The notes: a model not told the origin generated them from the sequence alone. Counted from the stretch's first letter, positions 1-10,208 are shown. The stretch: DNA of 64,000 nucleotides from Spirochaetia bacterium (GCA_963677925.2 CAXXYH010000003.1:2141823-2205822); one strand, 5' to 3'. A program made the numbers and translations.

Positions 1-719
1 ACCTCATACGAAACATATGCTGATGTATCTTTTGAAGTTCCTTTATCGAATGTAAGGTCTTTTCCGTCTGCGCTCTTCTTTCTAGTATCATACATTCTGC
101 TGAACTGCGCAAATACAGATTTAATTTTTAATCCGGTAATGTACTGAGCCATATCCATCCAGTGAGTTCCAATGTCGGCAACAGCCCTTGATTTACCGCT
201 TAGTTTTGATTCGAGCCTCCAGCTGTAGTCGGTCTCGTACTGAAGCCAGTCCTGCAGATAACAGCCCTGTATTGCAAAAACTTCTCCTGCTGATTTTTCC
301 GCGTTCCTTTCCTTCATTTCCTGAATCATAGGATAATAACGAAGATTATAGTTTACAGCTGCTTTTATCCCCTTTGATTCCGCAAGCGCAACAAGTTCAC
401 GAGCTTCGGCCGAAGTAAGCGTCAGCGGCTTTTCACAGATTACACTCTTCCCGTGCTCAAGAGATTCCTTCACCATGGAATAATGAAGAAAGTTTGGTGT
501 ACAGATGTGAACTACATCAATATCATCCCGTTTCAGAATCTCCCTGTAATCTCCGGTATGAAAAGGGACATTCAGTTTTACTGCGGCTTCTTTAGCTTCG
601 GCTTCGGATACTCCAGCAATAGCGGCAAGTTCCGCAAGCCCGGCATTCCTTCTAACTGCTTCTGCATGAACAGGCCCGATATAACCGGTGCCAATCACAG
701 CTACCTTTAGTCTACCCAT
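1..719 (-). CDS. Gfo/Idh/MocA family oxidoreductase (3' end runs off the window)
   Basis: Not in the ORF track. Manual translation from the ATG at 719 gives MGRLKVAVIGTGYIGPVHAEA...VHICTPNFLH...VICEKPL (Rossmann GxGxxG and the family EKP motif). Confidence 0.9.
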   Translation of the reverse strand, partial: MGRLKVAVIGTGYIGPVHAEAVRRNAGLAELAAIAGVSEAEAKEAAVKLNVPFHTGDYREILKRDDIDVVHICTPNFLHYSMVKESLEHGKSVICEKPLTLTSAEARELVALAESKGIKAAVNYNLRYYPMIQEMKERNAEKSAGEVFAIQGCYLQDWLQYETDYSWRLESKLSGKSRAVADIGTHWMDMAQYITGLKIKSVFAQFSRMYDTRKKSADGKDLTFDKGTSKDTSAYVSYE

Positions 720-749
720 TTAGTTTGTCCTTTGGTTGTATTTATCCTG

Positions 750-778
750 ATTGTAACCCTGTATGTTCCAGCTGTCAA
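750..778 (-). promoter_or_regulatory. sigma70-type promoter of the oxidoreductase
   Basis: Minus strand TTGACA (778-773), 17-nt spacer, TACAAT (755-750). Confidence 0.7.
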
Positions 779-784
779 CCTTTT

Positions 785-801
785 TGTTTTACCATTAAAC
801 A
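785..801. promoter_or_regulatory. candidate ROK-family operator
   Basis: TGTTT-N7-AAACA palindrome between the divergent genes, just upstream of the -35; resembles XylR-type ROK operators. Confidence 0.4.
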
Positions 802-861
802 TAATTGTCGCAAGAAGAACTTGTTGATTTTCTCAATTCCTGATACTATAGTCTCAATATT

Positions 862-2076
862 ATGAATAAGGCTGAACTGATAACTCCCAATACAACATCA
901 CTGATATACAACATAATCCGCACCACTGGTGAGATTAACAGGATGGGATTAACCAAAATGAGCGGGGTCTCAAAATCCACAATCTCTCTTCAGATTAATA
1001 AACTGATCAAACTCGGACTTATAGAAGAGATTGCCCCCTCCGACAGCAGCCAGAGAAAGCTTAAGCTTAAGATACGTGAAAATATCGGTCATGTTGCCGG
1101 GGTATTTCTGGGAATTACGAAACTCAGTATGGCTATATTCAGCCTGGATATGCACATAGTGGCTGAATCTGAATTTTTCTTTGACAATATAAGCGAACCT
1201 GAATCAACCAATAAAGAAATAATCAGCCAGCTTAAAATGCTCTGTGAAAAAAATAATATCGACAAACTCTGGGGAATCGGAATAGGTTTTCCCTTTCCGG
1301 TCAACTTCAAGGAAGGAAGACCTGACTCACCGCCGAATGTTCCCCTCTGGCATGACTACCCGCTGAAGGACCTTTATGAAAAAGAGTTCGGATGTCCGGT
1401 ACTTGTCGATAACGATGTAAATGTCATGGCTCTTGGTGAAAGCTACAAGGGCTGTACCCAGAACGAGTCTGACTTTCTGTTTATAAAGATCGGTACAGGA
1501 ATTGGTTCGGGACTGATTGTAGACGGAAAGATTTACAGGGGAGCAAACGGCTGTGCAGGCGATATAGGGCATATTGCTGTTAATGGAAGTGATGTTCAGT
1601 GCCAGTGCGGAAACATCGGCTGTCTTGAAGCGGTTGCCGGAGGAAAGGCGCTTGGAAAAATCGCTACGGAAATGGGGAAGGCCGGTGAAAGTAAATACCT
1701 GGCAAAGCTGATACAGACCAAACCGAAACTTACTGCGGCTGACATTAATAGCGGAGCAATAGCCGGGGATCTTGCCTGTATTCAGGTAATTAAGAAAGCC
1801 GGTGCCGCTGTGGGGGAAGTAAGCGCCAAACTGGTAAACTTCTTCAATCCGTCGTTTATAGTTATCGGCGGGGGGCTGGCCGGATTCGGCAACCATTTTG
1901 TGGGCGCAATAAGAGAAGCCGTTATTCGCCGTTCACTGCACCTTGCTACATATGAGCTTACAGTCTGTGTTTCCGAATTGAGGGACAAATCCGGCCCTAC
2001 AGGCTCGGGAACCCTTATCCTGGATCATATCTTTTCATCTGAAGTCTTTTCGGAAACAATCAAAAAAAACCGGTAA
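862..2076 (+). CDS. ROK family transcriptional regulator (NagC/XylR-like)
   Basis: N-terminal HTH; DNDVN, GTGIGSG, GDIGH and CQCGNIGCLE zinc motifs. Confidence 0.93.
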   Translation: MNKAELITPNTTSLIYNIIRTTGEINRMGLTKMSGVSKSTISLQINKLIKLGLIEEIAPSDSSQRKLKLKIRENIGHVAGVFLGITKLSMAIFSLDMHIVAESEFFFDNISEPESTNKEIISQLKMLCEKNNIDKLWGIGIGFPFPVNFKEGRPDSPPNVPLWHDYPLKDLYEKEFGCPVLVDNDVNVMALGESYKGCTQNESDFLFIKIGTGIGSGLIVDGKIYRGANGCAGDIGHIAVNGSDVQCQCGNIGCLEAVAGGKALGKIATEMGKAGESKYLAKLIQTKPKLTAADINSGAIAGDLACIQVIKKAGAAVGEVSAKLVNFFNPSFIVIGGGLAGFGNHFVGAIREAVIRRSLHLATYELTVCVSELRDKSGPTGSGTLILDHIFSSEVFSETIKKNR

Positions 2077-2078
2077 TA

Positions 2079-2540
2079 TCAGCTTTTCACAAGCTTCAAA
2101 ACCATCTCCCTGAACTCTGCCTCATTCTCTTTTCCCAGCATAAATACTGCCTCATTTTCGCAGGTGTGAAGTCTTGGTGAAATCTCATCGACCGCCGCCT
2201 TTCCTTCTGCAGTAATTGTTACAATCCGCTCACGCCGGTCGCTTCCTATCTGCCGCAGTGCATAAGCTGATTTTTCAAGACCGTCGACGAACTTGACCAT
2301 TGAAGCCCGATCAATCCCCAGATTCTCTGCAAGGGTAACTTGATTCTCCCCTATACCGTCTTTCAATGCAAGCATTATTGTATACTGAGGCGGGGTAAGC
2401 CCGTATTCGCCCAGAATTCTGTAAATACCCGTATGAATTCTTCCGGCCAGTTTATCCAGCTGAAAACTTAAAAAATTTTCAAACCCCGGATAGGGCGGAA
2501 GCCCTGCCTGAAGCCAGTATTCCCTCGGCTGCCTTTTCAT
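2079..2540 (-). CDS. MarR family transcriptional regulator
   Basis: GLTPPQY..L, wHTH and DRR wing motif; divergent from an efflux pump. Confidence 0.9.
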   Translation of the reverse strand: MKRQPREYWLQAGLPPYPGFENFLSFQLDKLAGRIHTGIYRILGEYGLTPPQYTIMLALKDGIGENQVTLAENLGIDRASMVKFVDGLEKSAYALRQIGSDRRERIVTITAEGKAAVDEISPRLHTCENEAVFMLGKENEAEFREMVLKLVKS

Positions 2541-2555
2541 TTTTCTCCCCTTTTA

Positions 2556-2599
2556 TTGACATTACTAATGATTTGTTATACTAATTACTTGCAGTAATT
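2556..2599 (+). promoter_or_regulatory. promoter of the MFS pump with probable MarR operator
   Basis: TTGACA at 2556, TGnTATACT at 2574-2582, perfect palindrome AATTACT-TGC-AGTAATT at 2583-2599. Confidence 0.6.
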
Positions 2600-2646
2600 T
2601 TGTAAACCATTACAGACATTCTACACATAGAAAGGTTGAAAAATAA

Positions 2647-3846
2647 ATGAAAAATACAAATCCTCGAATGCCGGGACTCATTAGAGTATCATTGATTGGC
2701 GGCGCAATAATGGCACTTACACCTCTTTCCATAGATATGTATCTGCCGGCTTTTCCTTTTATAGAAATTGATCTTAAAGGCACAGCATCACTTGTACAGC
2801 TGTCACTTTCCATATTCTTTGCCGGTGTAACACTGGGACAGTTATTCTACGGACCCATCTCGGATAAAATCGGAAGAAAAAAACCGCTTATTGCCGGACT
2901 CCTGATTTTTCTGCTTGCAGGTATAGGATGTATCTACACAAAGAGCATCGGGATGTTTATATTCTTCAGGTTCGCTCAGGCGATAGGAGCTTCTGCCGGA
3001 ATGGTAATTTCGCAGGTTATAGTCACAGACCTGTATACCGATCACCGTAAATCAGGGCAGGTATTCTCTGTTCTGATGCTTGTGCTGGGAACCGCACCGA
3101 TCATTGCACCGACAATCGGAAGCTTTCTTCTGGACAGCCTGGGATGGCGTGGAATATTCGCTGTTCTTCTTGGAGCAGGCGCCCTGGTACTTATCAGTTT
3201 TGTTATCGGTATTCCTGAGACATCAAAGCCGCGACCGGACGCATCAATGGCGGACTCATTCAGAGCTTACGGAAAAGTATTGAAATTCCCGGGATTTTTA
3301 AGAATCTCACTGGCAAGAAATATAATGAATGCAGGTATGTTCGCGTATATCACTACCTCACCATTTATCTTTATGAAAATGTACGGATTAAACGAATTCC
3401 AGTACGGACTGGTCTTTGCAGGTACCGCTGTCTCAATAATGCTTGGAAATATTCTAAGCGGAATACTGCTTAAGAAAACCGACCCGGAAAAACTCTTTGA
3501 TGTATCAAATGTTCTGGCACTGATATTCGGAGTGCTGACAGTAATAGTTTCTTTCACCAAGCCTTCAATGATAGTTCTTCTATTGCCTATTATCGGCTAC
3601 ATGTTCAATCTGGGACTGATGCTTCCCGGCTCAACCAGTCTTGCACTGCGAGGGCATGGAAAAAACACCGGAGCCGCTTCAGCCATCAACGGAAGCATCC
3701 AGTTTATTACAGCCTTCGGAGCATCGGGAATAATGAGCGCGTTCAGCGGTCTCAGTCTCCTCCCGATGGCCTTCGGAGTAGGAATATGCGGAGTAGCCAG
3801 CTCTGCAATCTATTTTATTGCAGCCGGAAAGAAAAAGACCGTATAG
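2647..3846 (+). CDS. Bcr/CflA family multidrug efflux MFS transporter
   Basis: PLSIDMYLPAFP and GPISDKIGRK motifs; ~12 hydrophobic segments. Confidence 0.92.
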   Translation: MKNTNPRMPGLIRVSLIGGAIMALTPLSIDMYLPAFPFIEIDLKGTASLVQLSLSIFFAGVTLGQLFYGPISDKIGRKKPLIAGLLIFLLAGIGCIYTKSIGMFIFFRFAQAIGASAGMVISQVIVTDLYTDHRKSGQVFSVLMLVLGTAPIIAPTIGSFLLDSLGWRGIFAVLLGAGALVLISFVIGIPETSKPRPDASMADSFRAYGKVLKFPGFLRISLARNIMNAGMFAYITTSPFIFMKMYGLNEFQYGLVFAGTAVSIMLGNILSGILLKKTDPEKLFDVSNVLALIFGVLTVIVSFTKPSMIVLLLPIIGYMFNLGLMLPGSTSLALRGHGKNTGAASAINGSIQFITAFGASGIMSAFSGLSLLPMAFGVGICGVASSAIYFIAAGKKKTV

Positions 3847-3878
3847 ACAGAGCAAAGGCGGCCGGGAACTTACCCCGG

Positions 3879-4103
3879 TCAGCCCCGGACAGCACCGAAT
3901 ACAAGAAGAAAGATTCCGCCGGCACCTATAATACTGCCGAAGATCAGGCAGATTTTAGCCGCGGTTTCATCGCTCATGTTTTTTCCAAGTTTCATCTTAA
4001 CAAGCTTCAGAAGCACGGGCGCCTTCTTGATTCCGCCGAGTATTCCAACCAGGAAGAAATACAGAATGCAGGCGATGCCGCCTAGTAAGAATCCTATAGC
4101 CAT
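3879..4103 (-). CDS. small two-TM membrane protein, unknown function
   Basis: AGGAGG RBS, two hydrophobic helices, last gene of the ABC exporter run. Confidence 0.7.
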   Translation of the reverse strand: MAIGFLLGGIACILYFFLVGILGGIKKAPVLLKLVKMKLGKNMSDETAAKICLIFGSIIGAGGIFLLVFGAVRG

Positions 4104-4131
4104 AAAAAGCCTCCTTGAAAAAAATATATAT

Positions 4132-5133
4132 TCAGCTTAGCCCGGCTCTTATTTTCGGCCTGGCCAGAAAATAGACAGCCATTGAAAGAACAAAAACCAT
4201 GACCGTACACAACAGGACTGTCGGCCAGTCCGCACTCTTGGAAAGAACAAGCAGGTTGGCCTTGTAGGCCCAGTAAAAAGGACTCCAGTACATTGTCCAC
4301 TGCCACTTGTCAGAAAGAAGTTCGTAACCGGCAATCGAGCCGGCAATAGGGATAAATAGCATCTTTACATTTGTAGCAGCTTCTATAACATCATCGCTGG
4401 CAAGGCCCTGAACGAAGCCGACAACCAGAGAAAGAATGAGCGAACTGAAGGCTGTCAGAATAATCATAATCCAGTTTATGTCCCAGTAACCGTTCACAAT
4501 CAGAGTAAAGATAATCAGACACATTGCAACCATTCCGCCCATCATACTCTTCCCGAGGACAAAGGATGTCTGAGAAGTCGGAGATACATTAATCGCGTTT
4601 ATTGTGTTGTCGCTTTTTTCACCCACTATACTTATGGCTATCAGCATTCCCGACAGCATAATTATCATGGATATCAGCATATTTACAATCATGGTTTTTA
4701 CGGGAGAAACAGTGAAGCCGAATGAGTACATGGACGCCGTAGTCTCCTCTTTCGTGGAACCAAGCTCATACAGGGCATTGAGGGCTTTGGCATATTCTCC
4801 GACTATCTCGGGCTCGTCACCCTGAAGAATAATTTCATACCCATCACCTTCCGGAATTATGGCGGCTACATTATCGCGCTTTTTCACACGGTTAAGCAGC
4901 TCATCCTCACTGTCAAAAACAGTGACCTTTGCAAACTGCTGCATATATTCAATATGTGCAGCAGTATCCGATTCGAGCATCGCAAGATTTACAGTCGTAT
5001 CATTGAGCCCGGGAACAAAAAATATAATACCGACAGCCATAACAAGAGGCATAATCATGATTACCATCCCCATGGAATCACGCCTGGCTATCTTGAAATC
5101 TCTTAAAAATATTTTAAAAGCATTTTTCAGCAT
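4132..5133 (-). CDS. ABC-2 type exporter permease
   Basis: N-terminal TM, extracytoplasmic loop, EKxxxT..A..VSP motif, then further TMs. Confidence 0.88.
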   Translation of the reverse strand: MLKNAFKIFLRDFKIARRDSMGMVIMIMPLVMAVGIIFFVPGLNDTTVNLAMLESDTAAHIEYMQQFAKVTVFDSEDELLNRVKKRDNVAAIIPEGDGYEIILQGDEPEIVGEYAKALNALYELGSTKEETTASMYSFGFTVSPVKTMIVNMLISMIIMLSGMLIAISIVGEKSDNTINAINVSPTSQTSFVLGKSMMGGMVAMCLIIFTLIVNGYWDINWIMIILTAFSSLILSLVVGFVQGLASDDVIEAATNVKMLFIPIAGSIAGYELLSDKWQWTMYWSPFYWAYKANLLVLSKSADWPTVLLCTVMVFVLSMAVYFLARPKIRAGLS

Positions 5134-5146
5134 GTTACCTCCTCAA

Positions 5147-6334
5147 CTACAAAGTGAGTGTTTTCTTGAATCGGTAGTTGGCAATGATAAATAGAAGCAC
5201 ACCGCCGATAAGAAAAATACCGCTGTTCATCAGGACAAAGCCTGTATCAGTCTCAGCCATAATGATTTCCTTCATGCTCTGCAGCAGCGGATATGTCGGA
5301 AAAAACCTCAGCCAAAGAGGATCAAATCCGGGAATAAAATATGAGAACGCCGGAATCATCAGAGCTATCATAAAGAAATACAGCAGTCCAAAAGCCTTTG
5401 ACATGGTATCAAAAAAACTTGCGATAAGCAGTCCAAGAGCAGCAAAAGAAAAGGTTGAAATAAGAAGCAGCAGGTAAAAAAGAGGGTAATCCGGCTGGGT
5501 TCCCATTATCGGAATCGTTATTATCGATGAGGAAATCAGTACCGTAGTAAGAATGATCATTGTTTTACTAAGAAGGTATTTCCATACAGGCGAAGGGGTT
5601 ACTGCAAAAGCCCTTATGACACCCTCCGACTTATCCAGAAAGATATAGGCTACAACGATAAAGAACCCCATCAGAGAACCCATAAAAACTACCATAACCG
5701 GGACAAGATTTTCGCGATTGTTCAAAATATGTACATTCCCGAGTTTTGTGACATTCTGCCGGTCTACTGCTTCCTTCAAAACATCAGGAGTCTCATTATG
5801 CAGAACGTACAGCAGATTGATATAACGGCCGGTTTCATATCCCTGGTTATAATACCGGAATGTTCTTACTCCCGCGCTGTCTACCGCAACTGTTGCCCCG
5901 ATTGTTCTTTCCTGAAAAGCAAGCCGAATCATCAGTTCTTCGCTGTCGGTGATATAAACTGTCTTATCAAGCTCGCCGGTATCGGGATTATAATCCTGGT
6001 ATGTTTCAACCGATATGACATCTTTTTCAAAGTCATATGATTCAATTTCACCGGTTTCAATATTTTTAACATCAAAACTGACAGCCTTCATCTTGAACTC
6101 GGCAGGTTCTATCAGTTTCAAGGTTCCCTTGTCGATTTCTTTCTGTATAAGATATTCCGAAAGCTCCTGAGGCATGTCGTAGTAAACGAATTCTTTCTGC
6201 CTGCTTACAGAGTTTTCCTTTACACCGAACAGGAGAATTATCAGAATTATTGCAGCTATAACTATTTCTATGTAGAAATAAAAGCCTCTGGCCGCAATCT
6301 TCATCTCCTTAAAATATGAGCTTAACAGTTTCAT
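5147..6334 (-). CDS. ABC-2 type exporter permease
   Basis: Start moved to MKLLSSYFKE (6334), just after the ATPase stop; DKSEGVIRAFAVTP motif; large extracytoplasmic domain. Confidence 0.88.
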   Translation of the reverse strand: MKLLSSYFKEMKIAARGFYFYIEIVIAAIILIILLFGVKENSVSRQKEFVYYDMPQELSEYLIQKEIDKGTLKLIEPAEFKMKAVSFDVKNIETGEIESYDFEKDVISVETYQDYNPDTGELDKTVYITDSEELMIRLAFQERTIGATVAVDSAGVRTFRYYNQGYETGRYINLLYVLHNETPDVLKEAVDRQNVTKLGNVHILNNRENLVPVMVVFMGSLMGFFIVVAYIFLDKSEGVIRAFAVTPSPVWKYLLSKTMIILTTVLISSSIITIPIMGTQPDYPLFYLLLLISTFSFAALGLLIASFFDTMSKAFGLLYFFMIALMIPAFSYFIPGFDPLWLRFFPTYPLLQSMKEIIMAETDTGFVLMNSGIFLIGGVLLFIIANYRFKKTLTL

Positions 6335-6335
6335 A

Positions 6336-7190
6336 TCAGACAAGCTCCCTTCCAGTAACCTGGATGAAGATCTCTTCCAGCGTAGCTTCTTTTGAATGCA
6401 TGGTCTGAATATCATGAGTCTGTACAATTTCTGCTATCTTTTTACGGTCTTCTTCGGTAACTGTCTTAAGCGTATCCTTAATAACCTTTCCGTTCTCGAT
6501 ATACTCTATTTCAATGAGTTTTTTACCGTATTGAAGTTTCAGATTTTTGGGAGTATCGATCAGCTTAATCTCCCCGTCAATTATAAAGGCAACACGATCA
6601 CAGAGCTCGTCGGCTATATACATGTTATGAGTAGTAAGAAAAGATGTTACCCCCTCCGAGGATCGGGCCCTGATTATATCTTTGATAGATGCTGCTATTG
6701 CAGGATCAAGACCGGTCGTCGGTTCATCAAGGAACCACAGCTTAGGATTATTTATCATGGACCGCGCAAAGGTAAGACGGTGCTTCATTCCCTTTGAAAA
6801 ATCGCCCGCTCTTTCATTCTCTTTACCGTCAAGCCCGACCATTTTTAAAAGCTCCATCGAATCACGCGTTGGCACATCGAAAAGTTTGGCGTAATAATCG
6901 AGGTTTTCCTTCGCGGTAAGCTTGCTGTACACATTGGACTGCTCGAATGAAACGCCGATATCATTGAAGCGCTCATTGTGAACTTTCTTCAGATCATAGC
7001 CGGAAACGGTCACTTCCCCGGTCTGAAGCTTCAAAAGCCCGGTAAGAATTCCCTGAGTGGTTGATTTCCCGGCGCCGGAAGGACCGAGAAAACCGAAGGT
7101 TTCGCCGTCTTCAACCTCAAAGCTGATATTGTTTACTGCATATTTTTCATCGTTGCTGTAGGAATGCGACAGGTTTTTAACAGATATCAT
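6336..7190 (-). CDS. ABC exporter ATP-binding protein
   Basis: Walker A GPSGAGKS, signature FSKGMK, LDEPTTGLDP; start MISVK behind a GGGGGAG RBS. Confidence 0.93.
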   Translation of the reverse strand: MISVKNLSHSYSNDEKYAVNNISFEVEDGETFGFLGPSGAGKSTTQGILTGLLKLQTGEVTVSGYDLKKVHNERFNDIGVSFEQSNVYSKLTAKENLDYYAKLFDVPTRDSMELLKMVGLDGKENERAGDFSKGMKHRLTFARSMINNPKLWFLDEPTTGLDPAIAASIKDIIRARSSEGVTSFLTTHNMYIADELCDRVAFIIDGEIKLIDTPKNLKLQYGKKLIEIEYIENGKVIKDTLKTVTEEDRKKIAEIVQTHDIQTMHSKEATLEEIFIQVTGRELV

Positions 7191-7218
7191 ATCTCCCCCC
7201 TTAAAACCGACTCTATTA

Positions 7219-7247
7219 ATTATAAGCCCCTCAGCCGGATATTTCAA
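7219..7247 (-). promoter_or_regulatory. sigma70-type promoter of the ABC exporter
   Basis: Minus strand TTGAAA (7247-7242), 17 nt, TATAAT (7224-7219). Confidence 0.65.
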
Positions 7248-7264
7248 ATACGGTTATCAGGAGA

Positions 7265-8638
7265 TCACGTCTTACCGTATGGAAAGGTTAGACGGAAACA
7301 GTTTCCGTAATCTTCGCCGCACTCAAGAATCAGTTCTCCTCCGTGCATCCGGGCTATCTCTGCGGCTATCGCGAGCCCAAGCCCCCGCCCCCCCTTTCTG
7401 CGGTCAACACCAAGAGAGGGAACACGGAAGCCTCTGGTAAAAAGAAGCGGCCTGTACTCTTCAGGTATCGGAACACCCTCATCACAGACACTGATATTTA
7501 TGTTTCCGGCATTTTCTGTCACTGAAATCTTCACCCGGCTGCCGGCCGGAGAGTACTTAACCGCATTATCGATCAGGTTGGATATAACCGAACCCAGTTT
7601 TGCTGAATCAGCAAACACAATAATAGCGAGCCCGGCTTCAATATCCGGCTCTATTCTGATATTGTTTATTTCAGCCTTGTACTGCCATCGCACTGCCTCA
7701 TCGCGAATCATATCTGCGATATCAAAAGTTTCCCTCTTGAGTATATAGGATCCGGAATCAGATTCGGCGATCAAGTCTAGATCGTAAATTACATTTTGAA
7801 GTGAATCAACTTCGGCAATAATCTGCGCTCCTGCATCTCCGGCAGAAACAAGCCCGTCCGAAAGAGCCCTGGCCTCAAGTTTTATGGCATTAAGCGGTGT
7901 GTTTATTTCATGGGAAATATCTGCAAGGAGGCTGCGTCTTGATTCACGCTGACTGCTGAGATTTGCTACCATTTTTTTGAACGCCCGGTTCAGGCGGCCT
8001 ATTTCATCATCGTTAATGCTGCCTGTATCAATATCGCTGCCGCCTTCTGAAATCTTGACGGCGGCGGATGTCAGCCTGATTACAGGACCGGTTATTCTGC
8101 GTGATATGATCAGGCTGATCAAAGCTGCCAGCAGCGCAGTAATCAGCCCCCTGTACACAGCTGCTTTAAGCAGGGAGGCTGTATAATCCCGGACATGCGC
8201 ACTGATATAGGCTTCTCCGATGTAGAGAGTTACTGAGCCCACTTTGCTGCTGTCTGTATAATTAATCACAGGCTGGGATTCACCCTCAAGCAGAACATTA
8301 TCTTCTATATTAAGGATATTTGAAAAGCTGTTGTATACAGTCCGCTCATCAGCATCTCTGACCACCATCCTGATAACAGCTCCCTCAGCGGTATTCAGGC
8401 TTTCAAGATTGCTTAAGCGCTGAATTTCCATATCCATCCCCTTCCAGCTGTTATTTCTGGTATATATTGAACTGATCTGCCTGGCTGCCGCAATGGACTG
8501 AATTTCAGTGAAAAGGACAGGAAGTTCAGAAGCATACAGACGGTATTCAATTGTGCTGCTCACGGCCAGGGAGAATACAATTATAAGCAGAAAAGAGGAA
8601 AAAACACGGAAGTAGATCGATTTCAGGAAGATACGCAT
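7265..8638 (-). CDS. HAMP-domain sensor histidine kinase (BaeS-like)
   Basis: Two TMs, HAMP (DEIGRL), H-box ISHEINTPL, N-box NLIDNAVKY, GRGLGL. Confidence 0.93.
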   Translation of the reverse strand: MRIFLKSIYFRVFSSFLLIIVFSLAVSSTIEYRLYASELPVLFTEIQSIAAARQISSIYTRNNSWKGMDMEIQRLSNLESLNTAEGAVIRMVVRDADERTVYNSFSNILNIEDNVLLEGESQPVINYTDSSKVGSVTLYIGEAYISAHVRDYTASLLKAAVYRGLITALLAALISLIISRRITGPVIRLTSAAVKISEGGSDIDTGSINDDEIGRLNRAFKKMVANLSSQRESRRSLLADISHEINTPLNAIKLEARALSDGLVSAGDAGAQIIAEVDSLQNVIYDLDLIAESDSGSYILKRETFDIADMIRDEAVRWQYKAEINNIRIEPDIEAGLAIIVFADSAKLGSVISNLIDNAVKYSPAGSRVKISVTENAGNINISVCDEGVPIPEEYRPLLFTRGFRVPSLGVDRRKGGRGLGLAIAAEIARMHGGELILECGEDYGNCFRLTFPYGKT

Positions 8639-9300
8639 ATCAGCCGGTACCCTCCTCCGTAAACTGTCTGTATCGGTTCAAAACCATCACGGTTAATAAG
8701 CTTCCGAAGTCTTCGTATATGAGTGTCGATTGAACGTTCGTAGGAATCAAAGTCCTGATCAAAGGCTAGCTCGATCAGCTGGCTTCTGGACAGGACTGCA
8801 TCCTGATTTTTCATAAATGCACACAGTATTAAAAACTGTGCATGACTCAGCTTAACTTCTGCATCATCTACAAAGACAAGCTCCTTCTGTATGTCCACCG
8901 AAAGCCTTCCGCAGCTTAAGGCCCTTAACATATCAGTAGAGGTCCTTCTAAGAACTGCCCTTACCCTGGCAATCACTTCATCAATGTCATAGGGTTTTAC
9001 GATATAATCATCCGCACCGTCTTCAAAGCCTTCAATACGGTCTTCACGGCTGCCCCTGGCTGTGAGCATGATCACAGGCACATCGGATTCGGTTCTAAGT
9101 ATCCTGCAGACTTCGGAACCACTCATTTTCGGAAGCATGAGATCGAGAATAATCAGGTTTGGTGATATTTTTCTTGCAGCTTCGAGACCGGAGACTCCAT
9201 CAAAAGCAAGCTCAACTATATATCCTGCTTTTTCAAGATAGACTTTAAGCCACCGGGCACTGCGTACTTCATCTTCAACAACAAGTATTTTTACATCCAA
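8623..9300 (-). CDS. OmpR/PhoB family response regulator
   Basis: VVEDE, LDLMLP, GADDYIVKP and C-terminal wHTH RSIDTHIRRLRK...TVYGGGY. Confidence 0.95.
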   Translation of the reverse strand: MDVKILVVEDEVRSARWLKVYLEKAGYIVELAFDGVSGLEAARKISPNLIILDLMLPKMSGSEVCRILRTESDVPVIMLTARGSREDRIEGFEDGADDYIVKPYDIDEVIARVRAVLRRTSTDMLRALSCGRLSVDIQKELVFVDDAEVKLSHAQFLILCAFMKNQDAVLSRSQLIELAFDQDFDSYERSIDTHIRRLRKLINRDGFEPIQTVYGGGYRLICVSS

Positions 9301-9317
9301 TCCTTCGAAAACCTGCT

Positions 9318-10175
9318 TTAATTTTTTAATGATCTTTTAGGGGCTCCCTGTCCTCCTGAGTTTGCAGAGGAACCTGCCTGTGCAGAATCCGCCTGTAAAG
9401 AACTGCTGCCTGACTGGGCATTCGAACTTCCTGAACTTTCAGAGGCTCCCTCTGCTGCTGAACTGCTTTCGCTGTTGCCGGATGATGATGCAGTCCCGGA
9501 TTTATATTCAGAGCCGGCGGAAACTGCTGCCGAATCTGAATATTCAGAATCAGCTGATGCAGAATCGGCAGGATCCTTCCCGAGGGCTGCAAGCTCCACT
9601 TTTAGTCCTTCAATGGAAAGCTCGCCATCTTCAAACATGATGAGCAGTTTATTTAACAAACGGTATTCTTCACCGAAGCGAAGCCCGAAAAAATCATAAT
9701 AATTATTCATGGTATTTCGAAGTTCCGAAACTGAAACCGAATCTGCAGGAGAGTCTGCAATGATCGACTCCATCAGCCCCATAAGTTCGTTCTGATGAAG
9801 ATCAAAGCGCTTTTGATATGTAAGGGTTCTGTATTCTGAAAGTTTTTTATCCTGCATAAGACTGAAATAATACTTTGTTTCCGCCGGAGACATCGTGCCC
9901 TCATATACCCTGTCGAGCATCGAATCCAGTACTCCGGACTCATCTGTATAGCTTACATCATATCTGGCGCGCAGAGTTTTCAGTTCTTCATGCCCGGCTG
10001 ACAGACTTATTTCATCACTGTAAATCCCGGCAACAGTTTCATTAAAAACTTTTGCAAGTTCAGTCCTGTAGTTTTCATTCTTTTCGGCGTTTCCCCCTGC
10101 GTACGCAGTCAGCGGAATTATCAGCACCATTACTGCAAGGGAAAGATTAATTTTAAAACTACAGGACCTCATCAT
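9318..10175 (-). CDS. exported hypothetical protein, two copies of a helical domain plus Ser-rich tail
   Basis: Signal peptide ending AYA-GGNAE; internal duplication; S/G/A low-complexity C-terminus. Confidence 0.75.
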   Translation of the reverse strand: MMRSCSFKINLSLAVMVLIIPLTAYAGGNAEKNENYRTELAKVFNETVAGIYSDEISLSAGHEELKTLRARYDVSYTDESGVLDSMLDRVYEGTMSPAETKYYFSLMQDKKLSEYRTLTYQKRFDLHQNELMGLMESIIADSPADSVSVSELRNTMNNYYDFFGLRFGEEYRLLNKLLIMFEDGELSIEGLKVELAALGKDPADSASADSEYSDSAAVSAGSEYKSGTASSSGNSESSSAAEGASESSGSSNAQSGSSSLQADSAQAGSSANSGGQGAPKRSLKN

Positions 10176-10208
10176 CTAATTATACACCACTATCACTGCT
10201 TTATTTTA

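Noticed and set aside
453-710. 85-aa plus-strand ORF
   Set aside because: Antisense shadow of the Gfo/Idh/MocA gene; no motifs.
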